A stretch of 64,000 nt of DNA from NCBI GenBank assembly GCA_963674825.1, contig OY771587.1, forward strand, positions 1,280,001-1,344,000. Direction: 5' to 3'. Under the pieces are notes generated by a model that made no database searches, had not been told where the DNA came from, and saw only the letters and a program-made list of their open reading frames with translations. The stretch is from Candidatus Cloacimonadales bacterium. GTDB lineage: Bacteria; Cloacimonadota; Cloacimonadia; Cloacimonadales; JAIOQZ01. How positions within the stretch are numbered: the stretch's first letter is position 1; every line of letters starts with the position of its first letter. Shown here piece after piece: positions 61,021 to 64,000 of the stretch. A program made the position numbers and the translations under genes.

Positions 61021-63621
61021 TTACTCTTCTTCTTCTTCGTCTTCGATCATCGATTCATCCATGATCTCTTCGTCTTCGCTTTCTTCATCGTCATCAACTA
61101 CATATTCATTATTGTCTTCGATGATTTCGTCTTCATACTCGGCATAGAGTTCTTCTTCCGAGATCGGTTCTGCGTTTTCGTCCTCTTCCTCATCGTATTC
61201 TTCTTCTGCCTGAATACGTGAGACATCGATCACCTTGTCGTTCTGATTCAGCCCGATCAGCTTGACACCCTGCGTGTTCCGTCCGATTACGCTGATATTG
61301 GCAACAGCTTGGCGGATGATCATGCCGTTCTTGGTGATGATGATCAGGTCGTCATTATCGACCACTTCAAGGAGCGATACCAGATGTCCGTTGCGATCGG
61401 TTGTCTTGAGTGTGATAACACCTTTTGAACCACGTTTGGTCACGGTGTAGCTGTTGATTTCGGTACGCTTACCATAGCCGTTTTCGCTGATGGAGAGCAG
61501 CGTGCCTTCACGCTTGACGACAACCATAGCCATCACCCGGTCTCCCGGACGCAGGCTAATACCTCTGACACCCTGTGAGTTGCGGCCCTGAGCTCGAACA
61601 CCATCTTCGTTGAAGCGATTCGCAAAGCCATTCCAGGTTGCAAGGATAATATCGTTGGTTCCTTCGGTGATCTTTGCATCGATGAGCTCGTCGCCTTCGA
61701 TCAGCTTAATCGCGATAATACCATTAACACGTGGACGCGAGTATGCTTCAAGCTCGGTTTTTTTGATCACACCATTACGGGTCACCATTGTTATGAAGTG
61801 CGGATTGCTGAAATCGCGCACGGTCACGAATGCCTTGATCTTCTCGTCTTTGAGCTGGAGAAGGTTGACAATCGCCTTACCTCGAGCCAGACGGCCCATA
61901 CGTGGAATTCTATGCACCTTGAGCCAGTAGCACATACCTTGATCGGTGAAGAACAGAATATAAGAGTGGGTTGAGGCGACGAAGATCGTCTCGATGAAGT
62001 CTTCATCCTTCAGGTTCGAACCCGAGAGTCCCTTTCCACCACGGCCCTGTTTGCGATAGGTGTCGATCGGAAGGCGCTTGATATAGCCTTCGTGCGAGAT
62101 CGTGATCACCATCTCTTCGTCCGCAATCATATCTTCTGTTTCGATATCGCCGGATCCGTCGAGGATGACAGTACGACGATCGTCGCCGTATTTTTCCTTG
62201 ATTTCAAGGGTCTCATCCTTGATGATCTGCATCCGAAGCTCTCGTGTTGCCAGGATATCCTTGAGATCCTTCACCGTCTGAACGAGATTAAGATATTCTT
62301 CTTCCACCTTTTCGCGTTCGAGCCCGGTAAGCTTTTGAAGACGCATTTCCAGAATCGCTTTCGCCTGGATTTCCGAAAGCCCAAATCTTGTCTGCAAGTT
62401 GTCGCTTGCATCCTGAACGGTCTTGGACTCGCGAATCGTCTGAATAACAGCGTCGATATTATCCAGCGCAATGCGATAACCTTCGAGGATATGGAGGCGC
62501 TTTTCGGCTTTGTCCAGTTCGAACTGAGTTCGGCGCACCACCACTTCGTGGCGGAAATCGATGAAGCTCTGAATCATCTGCTTCATGCTGAGGATCTTCG
62601 GCTCGCCATTGACGAGCGCGCGATTCATCACGCTGAAGGTTCCCTGAAGCTGTGAAAATTTATAAAGCTTATTGAGGACACTGTTGCCCTCATAGCCGCG
62701 CTTGATGGTTATAACGAGACGCATTCCCTGGCGACCGGATTCGTCGCGGATATCGGAGATGCCATCGATACGTTTGTCCTTCACCAGCTTTACGATGCGC
62801 TCGATAAGGAGCGTTTTATTGAGCTGATAGGGAATTTCGCTGATAACGATCTGCTCTGAATTGTTGTTTTTCGTCTCGATTGCTGCCTTACCGCGAAGCG
62901 TCACTTTGCCGTGACCGGTCGTGAAGTATTCCTTGATACCTGCCCTACCGATCAGGAATCCACCGGTCGGGAAATCGGGGCCTTTGATATATTGCATCAG
63001 ATCCAGCGATTCGATATCGGGATTATCAATCTGCGCCACGATACCGTCACAGACTTCGCGAACATTGTGCGGAGCCATGTTGGTAGCCATACCAACCGCG
63101 ATACCGGAAGAGCCGTTGCAAATAAGGTTGGGGAATTTTGACGGGAATACCTTCGGTTCCTTACGGGTATCGTCGTAGTTTCCCTGGAAATCGACCGTAT
63201 CTTTGTCCAGATCGGCCATCAGATCAACAGCCGCCTTGTGAAGTCTCGCCTCAGTATAACGCATTGCAGCGGGAGGATCACCATCCTGCGAACCGAAGTT
63301 ACCCTGACCATCGATCAGCAGATAGCGCAAACTCCACGGCTGCGCCATACGAACGAGCGTCGGATAGACGACCTGCTCACCGTGCGGATGGTAGTTACCG
63401 GATGTATCACCGGCGATCTTCGCGCACTTACGGAAGCCTCTTCCGGGCGACAGGTTGAGTTCGTTCATCGCATAGAGAATACGACGCTGCGAGGGTTTCA
63501 GTCCATCCCGTGCATCCGGCAAAGCTCTGGAAACAATAACGCTCATGGAATATTCCATGTACGCTTTTTTCAGAACATCCTCAATTTCAATATGTTCTAT
63601 TCTTGATCTGTCATGTATCAT
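61021..63621 (-). CDS. gyrA: DNA gyrase subunit A
   Basis: RALPD.RDGLKP, YHPHG, AAMRYTE, GyrA-box QGRGGKG, acidic tail. Confidence 0.98.
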   Translation of the reverse strand: MIHDRSRIEHIEIEDVLKKAYMEYSMSVIVSRALPDARDGLKPSQRRILYAMNELNLSPGRGFRKCAKIAGDTSGNYHPHGEQVVYPTLVRMAQPWSLRYLLIDGQGNFGSQDGDPPAAMRYTEARLHKAAVDLMADLDKDTVDFQGNYDDTRKEPKVFPSKFPNLICNGSSGIAVGMATNMAPHNVREVCDGIVAQIDNPDIESLDLMQYIKGPDFPTGGFLIGRAGIKEYFTTGHGKVTLRGKAAIETKNNNSEQIVISEIPYQLNKTLLIERIVKLVKDKRIDGISDIRDESGRQGMRLVITIKRGYEGNSVLNKLYKFSQLQGTFSVMNRALVNGEPKILSMKQMIQSFIDFRHEVVVRRTQFELDKAEKRLHILEGYRIALDNIDAVIQTIRESKTVQDASDNLQTRFGLSEIQAKAILEMRLQKLTGLEREKVEEEYLNLVQTVKDLKDILATRELRMQIIKDETLEIKEKYGDDRRTVILDGSGDIETEDMIADEEMVITISHEGYIKRLPIDTYRKQGRGGKGLSGSNLKDEDFIETIFVASTHSYILFFTDQGMCYWLKVHRIPRMGRLARGKAIVNLLQLKDEKIKAFVTVRDFSNPHFITMVTRNGVIKKTELEAYSRPRVNGIIAIKLIEGDELIDAKITEGTNDIILATWNGFANRFNEDGVRAQGRNSQGVRGISLRPGDRVMAMVVVKREGTLLSISENGYGKRTEINSYTVTKRGSKGVITLKTTDRNGHLVSLLEVVDNDDLIIITKNGMIIRQAVANISVIGRNTQGVKLIGLNQNDKVIDVSRIQAEEEYDEEEDENAEPISEEELYAEYEDEIIEDNNEYVVDDDEESEDEEIMDESMIEDEEEEE

Positions 63622-63641
63622 TGTGCCTCCAACATCATCGC

Positions 63642-64000
63642 CTAAACATCGACCTGCGTGTATCGTGCATTCGCCTCGATAAACTCACGGCGCGGCTCGA
63701 CATCTTCGCTCATCAACAGGGTGAACATCCGGTCTGCTTCGATCGCATCCTCGATCTTTACGGATGTAAGGATTCGTTTTTCGGGATCCATGGTCGTTTC
63801 CCAGAGCTGATCCGGGTTCATTTCACCGAGACCTTTATAACGCTGAACATGGAGCCCGGGGCCATTCATTTCCTCAATCAGCTTATCGCGTTCGCCTTCC
63901 GAATGGACATAACGCTTGGTTTTTCCGCGCTGTATCAGGAAAAGTGGTGGCTTGGCGATATAAACATGACCGCACTCGACCAGGGGACGCATATAGCGGA
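63642..64000 (-). CDS. gyrB: DNA gyrase subunit B (C-terminal fragment; 5' part outside the window)
   Basis: [21 protein letters not shown] and PRREFIE motifs. Confidence 0.97.
   Translation of the reverse strand, partial: RYMRPLVECGHVYIAKPPLFLIQRGKTKRYVHSEGERDKLIEEMNGPGLHVQRYKGLGEMNPDQLWETTMDPEKRILTSVKIEDAIEADRMFTLLMSEDVEPRREFIEANARYTQVDV

Overview
A 64 kb bacterial chromosomal segment, probably from an FCB-superphylum anaerobe such as Cloacimonadota (inferred from gene content, not verified). Housekeeping genes include dxr, tldDE, cdd, trxB, guaA, recG, a complete F1Fo atp operon, rsmG-parA-parB with a parS site, and gyrBA. An accessory block at about 8-27 kb encodes six large secreted proteins ending in a FlgD-Ig/T9SS-type-A-like C-terminal domain (CTD). 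There is also a soluble fumarate-reductase-like/malic enzyme operon and a tandem array of four PorV/FadL-like outer-membrane barrel genes. Main observations: (1) a secreted CTD protein split by one in-frame UGA after C-D-W-G and followed by a stem-loop, a candidate selenoprotein or readthrough gene; (2) a Na+-type ATP synthase with a normal c subunit plus a triplicated six-helix c subunit that keeps only one of three carboxylates; (3) a 411-bp CTD+hairpin+terminator module duplicated onto two unrelated passenger proteins; (4) a 64-nt leader element with identical spacing and a sense-strand stem, found upstream of two different genes; (5) C-GNA-G triloop hairpins directly behind CTD genes; (6) an orphan ~90-nt sRNA candidate. 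I found no tRNA, rRNA, CRISPR array, integrase or transposase. All calls are by eye, without database searches.
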